From an uncultured Verrucomicrobiae bacterium (GTDB lineage Bacteria > Verrucomicrobiota > Verrucomicrobiia > Chthoniobacterales > JAATET01), in assembly GCA_963719495.1 (NCBI GenBank), contig CAVRCI010000002.1, positions 448,001-512,000 on the forward strand: a stretch of 64,000 bases of DNA, given 5' to 3'. The stretch's first letter is position 1, and each line of letters starts with the position of its first letter. Positions 48,521 to 57,608 of the stretch are shown here, one piece after another. A program made the translations under genes and the position numbers. Below the pieces are notes generated by a model. The model had not been told where the DNA came from, ran no database searches, and was given only the letters and a program-made list of their open reading frames with translations.

Positions 48521-48612
48521 TGGGTGTGACGGTGTCTGTTTTTCGTCGATTGTGACCGCAACTGCTCGAGATTTTATGAGAAGTGAAGCGCTCATCAGGC
48601 ACGGAGACGGTC

Positions 48613-48919
48613 GATTATCAGGGGCAGCGTTGCTACGTCTTCGAGGCCGGTGAGAAAGACATTGGCGACTTTTTGCAGAGCATCCGCAGTGCGGAGGGCG
48701 ACGGCCTGTGAGCGTCGATTCGGCGCCCGCGAACGCGGCGGAAGCGTTCGTCGCCGTCGACTCGGCTTGCCGAACATCGCCGTCAGCGGGGACTGCGCCG
48801 GCGTTTACGGTTACAACGAACCCCAGTTGAAACTCGCGATCCCCGACGATTTTCGCAAGGGCTTCAACGAGGGGACCGAGTGGATCAAGAGCGAAATGCC
48901 CGCGAGATCGGAGCCTTGA
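48613..48919 (+). pseudogene. Truncated, frameshifted paralog of 46596-47390
   Basis: DYQGQRCYVFEAG..(stop, frameshift)..KLAIPDDFRKGFNE..MPARSEP versus DYQGTACYIFEAD..KLAIPGDFRQGFND..MPARSEP. Confidence 0.85.
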
Positions 48920-48925
48920 TCGCGA

Positions 48926-48940
48926 TAACGGCATAGCATT
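48926..48940. promoter_or_regulatory. Motif TAACGGCATAGCATT upstream of PEP-CTERM gene 2
   Basis: Identical to 47435-47449. Confidence 0.55.
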
Positions 48941-49080
48941 GACTTTTCTTTGCGCGAGTGCCTCCGATGCTAGCTTTCGCTAAATCGACGTTCCCCCTGC
49001 CGGATTTCAGCGAACACTGAAGGCCGATCGGCTGCGACCTCCTCACAAAACATCACACCACCCACCCCATAAAAACTGAC

Positions 49081-49980
49081 ATGAGAACCCCTAAGTTCAC
49101 CCTCCCCCGCTTCTCGCTGGCCGCTGCAAGCCTCGGCGTCGCCGCCGTTGTTTCCTTCGCTCCGACCACGGCGTTGGCTGTCCCAATCGCTTCCGACTCG
49201 TTCGCGGTTGGTGTTTCGAACGGATACACCGTCGGCAATCTCACGGGCCAGAATCCTTCCTTCGGCGCGAGCGGCTTTAGCGCGAATTGGTCTCCATTGT
49301 CAGGTAGCACCAGTGACTTGGTCGCGGAAACCGGTGGCTTGACGGCCAGCTTGGTTCAAGGCAGCACCCAACCCGGGCAGGCATCGCATATCGGCACCGG
49401 CAATAATACTCGGGCAAACTACCATCGGGTTTCGAGCGTGCCGGCGAGCACTGAGTATTACTTCAGTTTCCTGCTCAGCAGCACGGCAGGCAACGCGGCG
49501 CAATTCGGGCTGAGTCCTCAGGGCGCCCAGAATGCTCTTCCCACGCAGGGAGTGAGAGTGGGCGTCACCGCTGCGAACAACATCGTCTTGTATGTGGACG
49601 GGCTCCCCAGCACGATCCTCACTGGCTACACGCCGAGCACGACTTATTTCGTGCTGGTGGATATTGCGAATGTTGCTGGCACTGGTAACGATACCGTCGG
49701 GGCCCGTGTCTTCAGCAGCACGGCCACCGATCTCTCGACTCCTCTCGGGACGGCAACGCCGATTACCACGGCTGATATTTCCGGCGACCTTACCTATCTC
49801 GGGCTTTCGAAAAACGCCACTACCAGTACTGGCGCCGACTTCGACGAATTCCGCTTCGGCACGACCATCGCCGATGTGGCAAATATCACCGCGGTTCCCG
49901 AGCCCTCCTCGGTGGCGATGCTCCTGGGTGGATTCGGTCTGCTCGTCGTCCGGGCGATGCGCCGCCGTCGTCTGGCCTGA
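49081..49980 (+). CDS. PEP-CTERM surface protein 2
   Basis: Signal peptide; DFDEFRFGTT; VPEPSS-TM-RRRRLA terminus. Confidence 0.9.
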   Translation: MRTPKFTLPRFSLAAASLGVAAVVSFAPTTALAVPIASDSFAVGVSNGYTVGNLTGQNPSFGASGFSANWSPLSGSTSDLVAETGGLTASLVQGSTQPGQASHIGTGNNTRANYHRVSSVPASTEYYFSFLLSSTAGNAAQFGLSPQGAQNALPTQGVRVGVTAANNIVLYVDGLPSTILTGYTPSTTYFVLVDIANVAGTGNDTVGARVFSSTATDLSTPLGTATPITTADISGDLTYLGLSKNATTSTGADFDEFRFGTTIADVANITAVPEPSSVAMLLGGFGLLVVRAMRRRRLA

Positions 49981-50000
49981 GTCGCGGATCGCAGTTTTGG

Positions 50001-50040
50001 AAAAACCTCCCGTGGAGCCGATCCGCGGGAGGTTTTTTGT
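50001..50040 (+). terminator. Intrinsic terminator, near-identical to 48482-48520
   Basis: AAAAACCTCCCGTGGA-GCCGA-TCCGCGGGAGGTTTTTT. Confidence 0.88.
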
Positions 50041-50267
50041 TGGGTATCACGCTCGCCCCTCTCGTTGATCGGGGCAGCCACCCTCCCGAACCCCGAACGA
50101 GTGGATGACGGCACGCACAATCAGGTGGAGCGGGCGCTCCGCGCACGCTGGCGGGGGACTCGGCGTGCAAGTTCAACGCCCGATCTTCAAGCGACGTCGC
50201 CCGCCAACTCGCGCGGAGCGCGAATGCCACCCTTCGAGCAGTCACCAATTGGACTTGATTTGAGACT

Positions 50268-51269
50268 ATGAAAACTGAAGCGCTCATCATGCACGGGGAC
50301 GGACGGGTTGCCGTCGAAGCGATTGAAATCCCGGCCCCGGGTCCGGGCGAAGTGATGGTCGAGACGGCGTTCTCGTCGATCAGTCCGGGGACGGAGTTGC
50401 GCTGCCTCACGGGGCGGCAGCCGGGCGCGCCGGACGGCGGCTGGATCCCGGGATACTCGGCGACGGGGATCGTGCGGGAGTGCGGGGACGGCGTCGTGCT
50501 CGCGGTGGGCGCGGCGGTTTCCCACGGCGGCACGCAGCGTGCGTCGCGACCGCGGATGTGGGGCGGACATTGTCGGCATGTGATTGTCGCGGAGTCGGCG
50601 GTGTTTCCGGTGGCGGGAGATTTGCGGGCGGCTTCGTTGGCGAAGCAGGCGGCGATCGCGCACCGGGGTTTCTCGCTGGGCCGCATTCGAGCGGGGGAGA
50701 TCGTGGTGGTGGCGGGGTTGGGATTGATCGGGCAGTGCTCGGCACGGATCGCGCACGCGGCGGGGGCGCGGGTCGTCGGGTTGGATCTGTCGGAGCGACG
50801 GTGCGCGATCCTGGCGGCGCTGGGGATGCCGGCGTTCAGTCCGAAGGAGTTCGATGTGGCCGCGTTGATCGCGGAACTCGGGGCGGCGGCGGACGTGGTG
50901 ATCGACGCGACGGGAGCGGCGGGAGCGTTGCCGTCGTTGCTGGAATACGGAGCGGAGTTGCCGTGGACCGACGAGCCGGGCGAGGGGCTGCGCTACGTGA
51001 TGCAGGGGAGTTATCCGGAGACGTTCAGCGTGCCCTACGATCCGGCGTTTCTGCGGGAGGTGACCTTCCACCTGCCGCGCGACGTGCGGCGGTCGGATCT
51101 CACGGCGGTGCTGAATCTCATTGCCGAGGGGCAGCTTCCGCTCGCGGATCTGATTCCAGCGGTGACCGATCCGGCGGACGCGCGGGCGCTCTACGAGCGA
51201 TTGAAGGATCCGGCGAGCGACGTGGTGACCGGGGCGTTCGGTTGGGCGGGCGGGGCGGAGGCGGCGTGA
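50268..51269 (+). CDS. Medium-chain dehydrogenase/reductase family protein
   Basis: SSISPGTE, PGYSATG, GLGLIGQ, DVVIDATG; catalytic-zinc Cys/His not evident. Confidence 0.82.
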   Translation: MKTEALIMHGDGRVAVEAIEIPAPGPGEVMVETAFSSISPGTELRCLTGRQPGAPDGGWIPGYSATGIVRECGDGVVLAVGAAVSHGGTQRASRPRMWGGHCRHVIVAESAVFPVAGDLRAASLAKQAAIAHRGFSLGRIRAGEIVVVAGLGLIGQCSARIAHAAGARVVGLDLSERRCAILAALGMPAFSPKEFDVAALIAELGAAADVVIDATGAAGALPSLLEYGAELPWTDEPGEGLRYVMQGSYPETFSVPYDPAFLREVTFHLPRDVRRSDLTAVLNLIAEGQLPLADLIPAVTDPADARALYERLKDPASDVVTGAFGWAGGAEAA

Positions 51270-52606
51270 ACGTCGTCTATTTCGTCTGCCACGACATCGG
51301 TCGGGCACTGGGTTGCTACGGCGCGGCGGTGCCGACGCCGCGGTTGGACGAGTTCGCCGGGGAGGCGGTCCGGTTTACGAACGCGCATTGTTCGTCCCCG
51401 GCGTGCAGTCCGTCGCGGGCCTGCGCGATGTCGGGGGAATACGCGCACCGCACCGGAGCCATTGGGTTGTCGCATTTGGGGTGGCCGCTGCCGCTGGACG
51501 TGCGGACGACGGTGGATGATTTCAACGACGCGGGATACGAGACGATTCTGAGCGGGATCAATCACGAGCGGCATCCGCGGACGGATCGCTACGCGGTCGA
51601 TCTGTCGCGGGATTGGGACGACTGGAAGGTGCCGAGGGCGGTGGACAACGCGCTGGATCATCTGGCGCGGCGGGAGGCAGGACGTCCGTTTTACCTGAAC
51701 GTGGCCTGCCAGGAACCGCACGCCTGCACGTGGGGCGAGGTGGGCGCACGGATTCCCGCGCTGCCGGAGGACTTCGAGCCGTGGTTCCCGGCGGGCATGC
51801 CGCGGACGCCCGCGCTCGCGGCGGCGTTCCGGCGGTTTGCGGCGAGTGCGGCGTACATGGACGCGCACTTCGGGCGGTTCGTCGATGGGCTGAGGCGGCT
51901 GGGGTTGTTGGACGACACGATGATCGGGTTCACGACGGATCACGGCATCGCGGGGCCGCGGGGGAAGGGGACGCTGCTGGGGCTGGGGACCGAGATTGCG
52001 TTGATGATCCGGCTGCCGGGGGGCGAGCACGGTGGGGAGACGCGGGAGCAGTTGATTTCGAACGTGGATTTTCGGGCGACGTGGCGCGAGGCGTGCGGCT
52101 TGGGGGCGGCGGGCGAAAGCGACGGACGGTCGTTCTGGCCGGTTCTGGCGGACGCCGAGGTGGGGCACCACGAGGCGATTTTTTTGGAGCGAAATTTTCA
52201 CGGCGAGAAGCCGTGGCGGACGGAGCCGAAATACGTCGATTGCTACGATCCGACGCGGGCGGTGCGGACGCGCGATCACCTTTACGTCCGGCATTTCCGG
52301 CCCGAGGCGAAGCCACCGGAACCGCTGCCGGGTGGGATCGATGCGCGGGAGACGGACGATTGGTCGGAGTGGGAGAAGTCGTGGGTGCCACCGGTCGCGA
52401 AGCGGGCGGAGGAGGAGCTTTACGAATTGGAGGGTGATCCAAACGAGGTGCGTGATGTCGCCGGGGACGCCGCGATGGAGGGGGTGCGGAGCGAACTGCG
52501 TGGGCGACTCGAGAATTGGATGAGGCAAACGGGGGACTTCCTGCCAAATGAGCCACCGTTTCAGCCGGAAGCGCTGGGCTGGGGAAGCGGGTGGCCGGCT
52601 TCCTGA
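51266..52606 (+). CDS. Formylglycine-type sulfatase
   Basis: NVVYFVCHDIG, CSPSR, TDHG, GKGTL, EELYELEGDPNE. Confidence 0.9.
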   Translation: MNVVYFVCHDIGRALGCYGAAVPTPRLDEFAGEAVRFTNAHCSSPACSPSRACAMSGEYAHRTGAIGLSHLGWPLPLDVRTTVDDFNDAGYETILSGINHERHPRTDRYAVDLSRDWDDWKVPRAVDNALDHLARREAGRPFYLNVACQEPHACTWGEVGARIPALPEDFEPWFPAGMPRTPALAAAFRRFAASAAYMDAHFGRFVDGLRRLGLLDDTMIGFTTDHGIAGPRGKGTLLGLGTEIALMIRLPGGEHGGETREQLISNVDFRATWREACGLGAAGESDGRSFWPVLADAEVGHHEAIFLERNFHGEKPWRTEPKYVDCYDPTRAVRTRDHLYVRHFRPEAKPPEPLPGGIDARETDDWSEWEKSWVPPVAKRAEEELYELEGDPNEVRDVAGDAAMEGVRSELRGRLENWMRQTGDFLPNEPPFQPEALGWGSGWPAS

Positions 52607-52744
52607 ATTTTCTCACGCGAAGGCGCGAAGACGCGAAGGAATGCGGATTCTCACGCAGAGACGCAGGGGCGCAGAGCTGATTCATGAGGCAATCGCGCCA
52701 AACTCCCCGCCGAAGTATTTTTCAATCCCCAGCACTCCCACTCG

Positions 52745-53857
52745 ATGACCTCGATTCCCGAATCTCCGCTTTTCACACCCTGCATTCATCCCGAAACCGG
52801 CATCACGAGCTACCTGCTCGATGTGCGGGTCGCCGCTCAGCAACAGACATTTTATTACGTCAACGACAGCTCGACCCGCGACCGGCGGTTTTTCTGGTTC
52901 TACTGCAGCTTCCCGCCGTCCGGCGACGCGAACGCCGGGCGAACGCTCGGCGTGATCGATTTCGAGAGCAATGAAGTGCGGCACTTCCCCGAGACTCAAT
53001 TCTCGCACGCTTCGCCTTGGATCGATCCAGAGACCGGCGAGGCCGCCTGGGGAACGGGGCGCGCCATCTGGAAACGCGGACCGCTTCCTGGAAACGAGCC
53101 GGAGAAGATTGGCGAGATTACAAGGGAAGTGATCGGCTGGCGGGACGTGACCTGCACAGTCACGCATCTTTCGCGTTCGGCGGACGGGAGGAATTTCTTC
53201 ATCGATCTCCGGACTCCAGCCACGACTTTCCTGGGCACGATGGACATCGCGACCGGGGCGTTCGACTGTTGGGCGGAACTCGACGGCATCTGGGACCACG
53301 CTCAATTCCACCCGACCGATCCCGACCTCGTCCTGTTCTCGCAGGAGTTCCACAACGATCCGATCACCGGGCGGCAGATTCCGTGCCTCGATCGAATGTG
53401 GACGGTGCGCCGTGGCGAGCGCCCGCGGCCTGTGCTACCTACGGCGACTGTCTGCACCCACGAATGGTGGAGTGCCGACGGGCGCGCGATCTACGCCATC
53501 GACGGCGACGGCACGTTTCGGGTCGACCTCGCAAACCTTCGGCGCGAACTCATCTGGCCCGAGGGCTCGTGGCACTCGCACGCCAACGCCGACGGCACGC
53601 TTCTCGTCGGCGACAGCCATTCGAAATTCGCCCGCGGCTGCGAATCGCGGGTGAGCTTCAAAAATCTCGCGACCGGTCGACAAGTCGAGATCGCTCACAA
53701 TCCCGAAATGACCGGCGAGGTGGGGACAAAGTATCACGTCGACCCCCATCCGCGCTTCGTTCTCGGCGAGGAATTTGTTGCCTACACGACCACGATTCGC
53801 GGCCGCCTCGACGTCGCGTTCGCCGCGACCGCCGACCTGCTGGCGGCGACGACCTGA
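52745..53857 (+). CDS. Oligogalacturonate-lyase (PL22)-like beta-propeller
   Basis: DHAQFHPTDPDLVLFSQE, RMW, THEWWS, WHSH, DPHPRF. Confidence 0.65.
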   Translation: MTSIPESPLFTPCIHPETGITSYLLDVRVAAQQQTFYYVNDSSTRDRRFFWFYCSFPPSGDANAGRTLGVIDFESNEVRHFPETQFSHASPWIDPETGEAAWGTGRAIWKRGPLPGNEPEKIGEITREVIGWRDVTCTVTHLSRSADGRNFFIDLRTPATTFLGTMDIATGAFDCWAELDGIWDHAQFHPTDPDLVLFSQEFHNDPITGRQIPCLDRMWTVRRGERPRPVLPTATVCTHEWWSADGRAIYAIDGDGTFRVDLANLRRELIWPEGSWHSHANADGTLLVGDSHSKFARGCESRVSFKNLATGRQVEIAHNPEMTGEVGTKYHVDPHPRFVLGEEFVAYTTTIRGRLDVAFAATADLLAATT

Positions 53858-54181
53858 CGTCTCTGGTGTAGCGGCGGTTCTGTGAACCGCTCAGGCCCCC
53901 GTTTTGCAATTTACCCGGTGAGTGCTTCATCCTAAATCCGGGAATGGACAGGATTTACAGGATTCAAAGGATTGAATTTCAATGACTTCGAACAAAATCT
54001 GCGCTCACTCATCGGGTGACCGACTCCAACCTCATAAGTCGTTCCTGATCATCCTGTTAATCCTGTAAATCCTGTCCAGTTTTCCTTTTCAGGTTCATGG
54101 AAGCACCGGCGGCGGACTCAGGCGGGGAAATCGGGGGATTTGGCGTCAGAGATGAATGGCACTGGTTTTAAGCTGGTTTTC

Positions 54182-54444
54182 GGGAGAGTCCCCGCGAACC
54201 GGGCGCTTCGCGTCGCAGACTGCTTCCGCTTGATGGACGTCGCCGGCAGGGTGGCAGGAAATGGGAGCGGCTGCGTCCTCGCTGCCGCAGAATCCCTTCG
54301 CGAAGCGGCTCGAGAACCTGTTCGCGTTCGTTGGTCCCACCATCTTGATGCTTCGCATATTCAGACGACGGCAGCGGAGACGCAGCCGCTCCCGGTCTGC
54401 GCGGGCGGCTTTCGTGCCGACGCGGCTCGCGGGGACGCTCGCCC
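54182..54444. repeat. Nested inverted REP-like pairs
   Basis: GGGAGCGGCTGCGTC (54263-54277) and its exact reverse complement (54379-54393), inside a second degenerate pair at 54182-54201/54423-54444. Confidence 0.75.
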
Positions 54445-54493
54445 TTCTCGACGCCTGGTCCCCAACTATCCGCTTAACGCAGAGCCATACGCG

Positions 54494-56713
54494 TCAGAGA
54501 TTCAGCGCTCGGGTGGTGTCCGAGGTTGTTTCGACCCGCGGGAGGAGACTGAGGTGGTAGGTGGAATTCCAGTCGGGGTGGTCCGTGATGGTGAGTTCGA
54601 GGGTGAACTCGCCGGAATGCGATGCGGGCAGTCGGTGGCGGACGCTGGGGCCGGGGATGTTGGTCTGGGCTTCGAGATCGGGGATGGTCCAGCGGAGGAG
54701 TTCGGTCTTCGTTTCGTCGCAGATGAGGGTCGCGACCAATTCGGCTCCGGGTGCGGTTTCCGGATGGTCGTCGAGGATCCAGATTTCCGCGGTGAAGAGT
54801 TCGTGGGCGGCCCACTGGAACTTCGGGATGCGGGCGCTGGCGAGGATCGGGCGGCAGGCTTGCTGGACGGCGAAGTAGGCGGGCTTGGGGCGGGCGGGGA
54901 AGTTGACGAGACTGTTGTTCGCGGCGGACGGCCACGGTTCGTTGAAGCACCAGGCGAGGGCCATCGCGCAACGCGGGGACTGGCGGCGGGATTCTTCGTA
55001 GATGGAGCGGAAGCCTTCGCACTGCAGCCATTCGCCGCGCGCGACGAGTTCGGCGACCGAGCTGGAATTGCCGAAGAGGTGTTCGAGCGTGCGGAGGCCG
55101 AGCCAGGTCGTCGGATCGGCGTCCCAGGCTCCGAAAGCGTGGTGGGTCTCCCAACTCGTGCCGGGCCGCGGGGGCCACAATTCGTCCGGGGGAATGAAGG
55201 TTTCCAAGTAGTCGACCGGGGAGGGGCCGGAGCAGCCGAACTCGGTGTAGGCGGTGCCGATGGCACTCTGCATGATCTGGAAAACGTCCCGCCCGTCGGC
55301 GTCGAGGAACCGGTAGTCGCCGTGGCCCATGCCGTCGAGGGGTGAAGTCGCGAGGAAGGGCGTGGCGGGATCGAGGTCGTAGCAATTCCGGTTGAGGAGG
55401 CGGAGGGCGAGGGATTGATCGGTCATGCCGGACCAGGCGTTGAAGAGTTCGTTGCCGCCGCACCACATCGCGAGACACGGGTGCTGGCGGACGCGCCGGA
55501 TGATGGCGCGGGATTCCCGGTCGAGGAGGGCGAGGTAGGCGGGGTCGTCGGGGTAGGGATTGCAGGCGAGCGGGAATTCCTGCCAGACGAGGACGCCGAG
55601 TTCGTCGCATTGGTCGAAGAAACTCTCGCGCTGGACGGGCGCGCCGCCCCAGCAGCGGAGGAGGTTGAAATGGGCGTCGCGGGCAAGATCGATCAGCGGT
55701 CGGGTCGTGGCGGCGGTGATCCGCCCGTGGAAAATGTCGGGGTTCACCCAGTTGGCTCCCCGGGCGAAGATGCGGCGTCCGTTCAGTTCCAACGTGGCGG
55801 GCGGGTGGCTGCGGGACTTCGGGAAGCTGGCGGGGTGATCCCACGCGCCGTCGTGCATGACAAGGCGGACGCGGCGAAACCCGACCCGGCGCTTGAGCGT
55901 GAGGTGCTCGCCGACGGTGACTTCGAGCGTGTAGCGGGCCGGGGTGCCGTGGTCGTGGGTCCACCAGATTTGCGGATCGGCGAGGGTCGCGTTGGGATCG
56001 GTCGCGGTCAGGACATTTTTCCCGCCCTGGTCGCGGAGGGTCCAGGTGAAAGGGGCTTCGGGTTCGACGATGACGGTGATCCGCGCCTCGGAAAAATCGT
56101 CGGTGAGTGTGTAGTCGAAGTCGACGTGGTCGGGGTCGGCGGCGCGCCGGATCTCGAAGCGGACGTCTTCGCAGAGGCCGACCGGGATCAGGCGGGGATG
56201 CCAGTCCCAGCCGTAGCTGACTGCGGGCTTCGTGACGTGCGAGGCTTGGGACCGGTCGGCGGGCGCGGCGTGGCGCTTGGGCGCGGGGTGAAGGAGGATC
56301 TCGACCGGGGTGTCGGCGGCGTCCGCCGTGACGTCGATCTCGAAGGGGGTGAAGCAGCCGGTGTGGGTGAGCCGGAGGTCACCGCCGATTCGGATCTCGG
56401 CGTGATAATCGAGTCCGCCGCCCGCAAGGACGAGCCGGTCGCCGGCGTCGAGTTGCGCCGAGGGAAGGGTGGTGCGGTAGAGCCAGAACGAGTCCTCGAG
56501 GCCGCCCCAGGCCCGGACGTTTTGGCCGAAATTCAGCTCCGGGAGGTCGTGGGCGCGTGCCCAGTCGAGTTGGACGGCTCCAGGGACGGTGGCAGGAATG
56601 TGATCCGCGTCGGGTGGGCGGACGGCGGGGTCGGTGAGGCGGGCGAGCGTCCAGCTCGGACGGGCGAGAGTGCGCCGGGAACGAAGATGGGTCGGAGGAT
56701 CAGCGGCGGCCAT
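54494..56713 (-). CDS. GH2 glycoside hydrolase (beta-mannosidase-like)
   Basis: ATVPGAV, YGWDW, FARGANW, RCWGG, DELGVLVWQEF, WCGGNE, TEFG, WCFNEPWP. Confidence 0.87.
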   Translation of the reverse strand: MAAADPPTHLRSRRTLARPSWTLARLTDPAVRPPDADHIPATVPGAVQLDWARAHDLPELNFGQNVRAWGGLEDSFWLYRTTLPSAQLDAGDRLVLAGGGLDYHAEIRIGGDLRLTHTGCFTPFEIDVTADAADTPVEILLHPAPKRHAAPADRSQASHVTKPAVSYGWDWHPRLIPVGLCEDVRFEIRRAADPDHVDFDYTLTDDFSEARITVIVEPEAPFTWTLRDQGGKNVLTATDPNATLADPQIWWTHDHGTPARYTLEVTVGEHLTLKRRVGFRRVRLVMHDGAWDHPASFPKSRSHPPATLELNGRRIFARGANWVNPDIFHGRITAATTRPLIDLARDAHFNLLRCWGGAPVQRESFFDQCDELGVLVWQEFPLACNPYPDDPAYLALLDRESRAIIRRVRQHPCLAMWCGGNELFNAWSGMTDQSLALRLLNRNCYDLDPATPFLATSPLDGMGHGDYRFLDADGRDVFQIMQSAIGTAYTEFGCSGPSPVDYLETFIPPDELWPPRPGTSWETHHAFGAWDADPTTWLGLRTLEHLFGNSSSVAELVARGEWLQCEGFRSIYEESRRQSPRCAMALAWCFNEPWPSAANNSLVNFPARPKPAYFAVQQACRPILASARIPKFQWAAHELFTAEIWILDDHPETAPGAELVATLICDETKTELLRWTIPDLEAQTNIPGPSVRHRLPASHSGEFTLELTITDHPDWNSTYHLSLLPRVETTSDTTRALNL

Positions 56714-56731
56714 GAAAGCGAACCGCGGATC

Positions 56732-57574
56732 TTAGCCGCCGACTTCGTGTTTCACCACGACGTTGTCGATTTCGAACGAGACGTTTTCGCCCTTGGGGAA
56801 AACGCCGGTGGCTCCGATGACGATCCCGTCCCACGTGTTGTAATCGGTGTCGGACCCCTTCGAAGTGAGCGGGTAGGTGCCTTTGTCGTCGGTCGTTCCG
56901 TTGGGTCGCAGGATGGTGAGGGTCGTGTCGTAGGTCGGTTTGCCTTCCTCTGAATCTTCGACGCGGACGATGCGAAGGGAGACGCCGCAGGCGGGCGCGA
57001 CGCCGCCGCCGGTGCTGCCGGCTTTCGACCCGTCGACGCCGCCGGTCTGGAGCGGACTGCCGGTGTCGCCGTGATACTTGCTCCGCACGCCGCTGACGAG
57101 GAACTGTCCCGCCCGTTCGCCACCCGTGAGAACGCCGACGATGGAATAATATTCGTCGCGATCCGTGAGAGCGCTGGGAAGGTCGGCGTCGGGCAGGCCG
57201 CCCTCGGAGGGGCCCACGAATCCGAAGCCAAAACTCCGAATCGTGCCGAAGCCGTCGCCAAGATTCGTGACGGTGAACGAGAGCGTCAGCGAGCCGCCGA
57301 CCTCGAGCAGGATCGGATCGAAGCGGCGGTAGGCGAGGGCGTATTCCCCGGCCTCCTCACCGGTGTTCGACGTATCGAAGCCGAGGCTGTCGCCCCCGAC
57401 CATGGCGGTCGACTCGATGGACGAAAGCGACACGTAGCCGCCGCCGTCGGTCGTGCCGTCGACCGTGAAGGTGGCATCGTCGACGAGGGCATCCTGAGCG
57501 TTGGCTGGGATGGTGGGCAGGCAGGCGGCGAGGCCGACGAGCGCGAGGTGGAGGGGGCGGCGGAGGTGGATCAT
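56732..57574 (-). CDS. Secreted protein homologous to PEP-CTERM protein 1 but without the anchor
   Basis: Signal peptide; shared RRF..VG..LTLSFTV.N, RSF.F.FVG, YYS, WDG..IGATG, DN..V blocks. Confidence 0.75.
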   Translation of the reverse strand: MIHLRRPLHLALVGLAACLPTIPANAQDALVDDATFTVDGTTDGGGYVSLSSIESTAMVGGDSLGFDTSNTGEEAGEYALAYRRFDPILLEVGGSLTLSFTVTNLGDGFGTIRSFGFGFVGPSEGGLPDADLPSALTDRDEYYSIVGVLTGGERAGQFLVSGVRSKYHGDTGSPLQTGGVDGSKAGSTGGGVAPACGVSLRIVRVEDSEEGKPTYDTTLTILRPNGTTDDKGTYPLTSKGSDTDYNTWDGIVIGATGVFPKGENVSFEIDNVVVKHEVGG

Positions 57575-57608
57575 GGGGAGGTCGGGGTAGGCGACGACTC
57601 GGGCCGGA

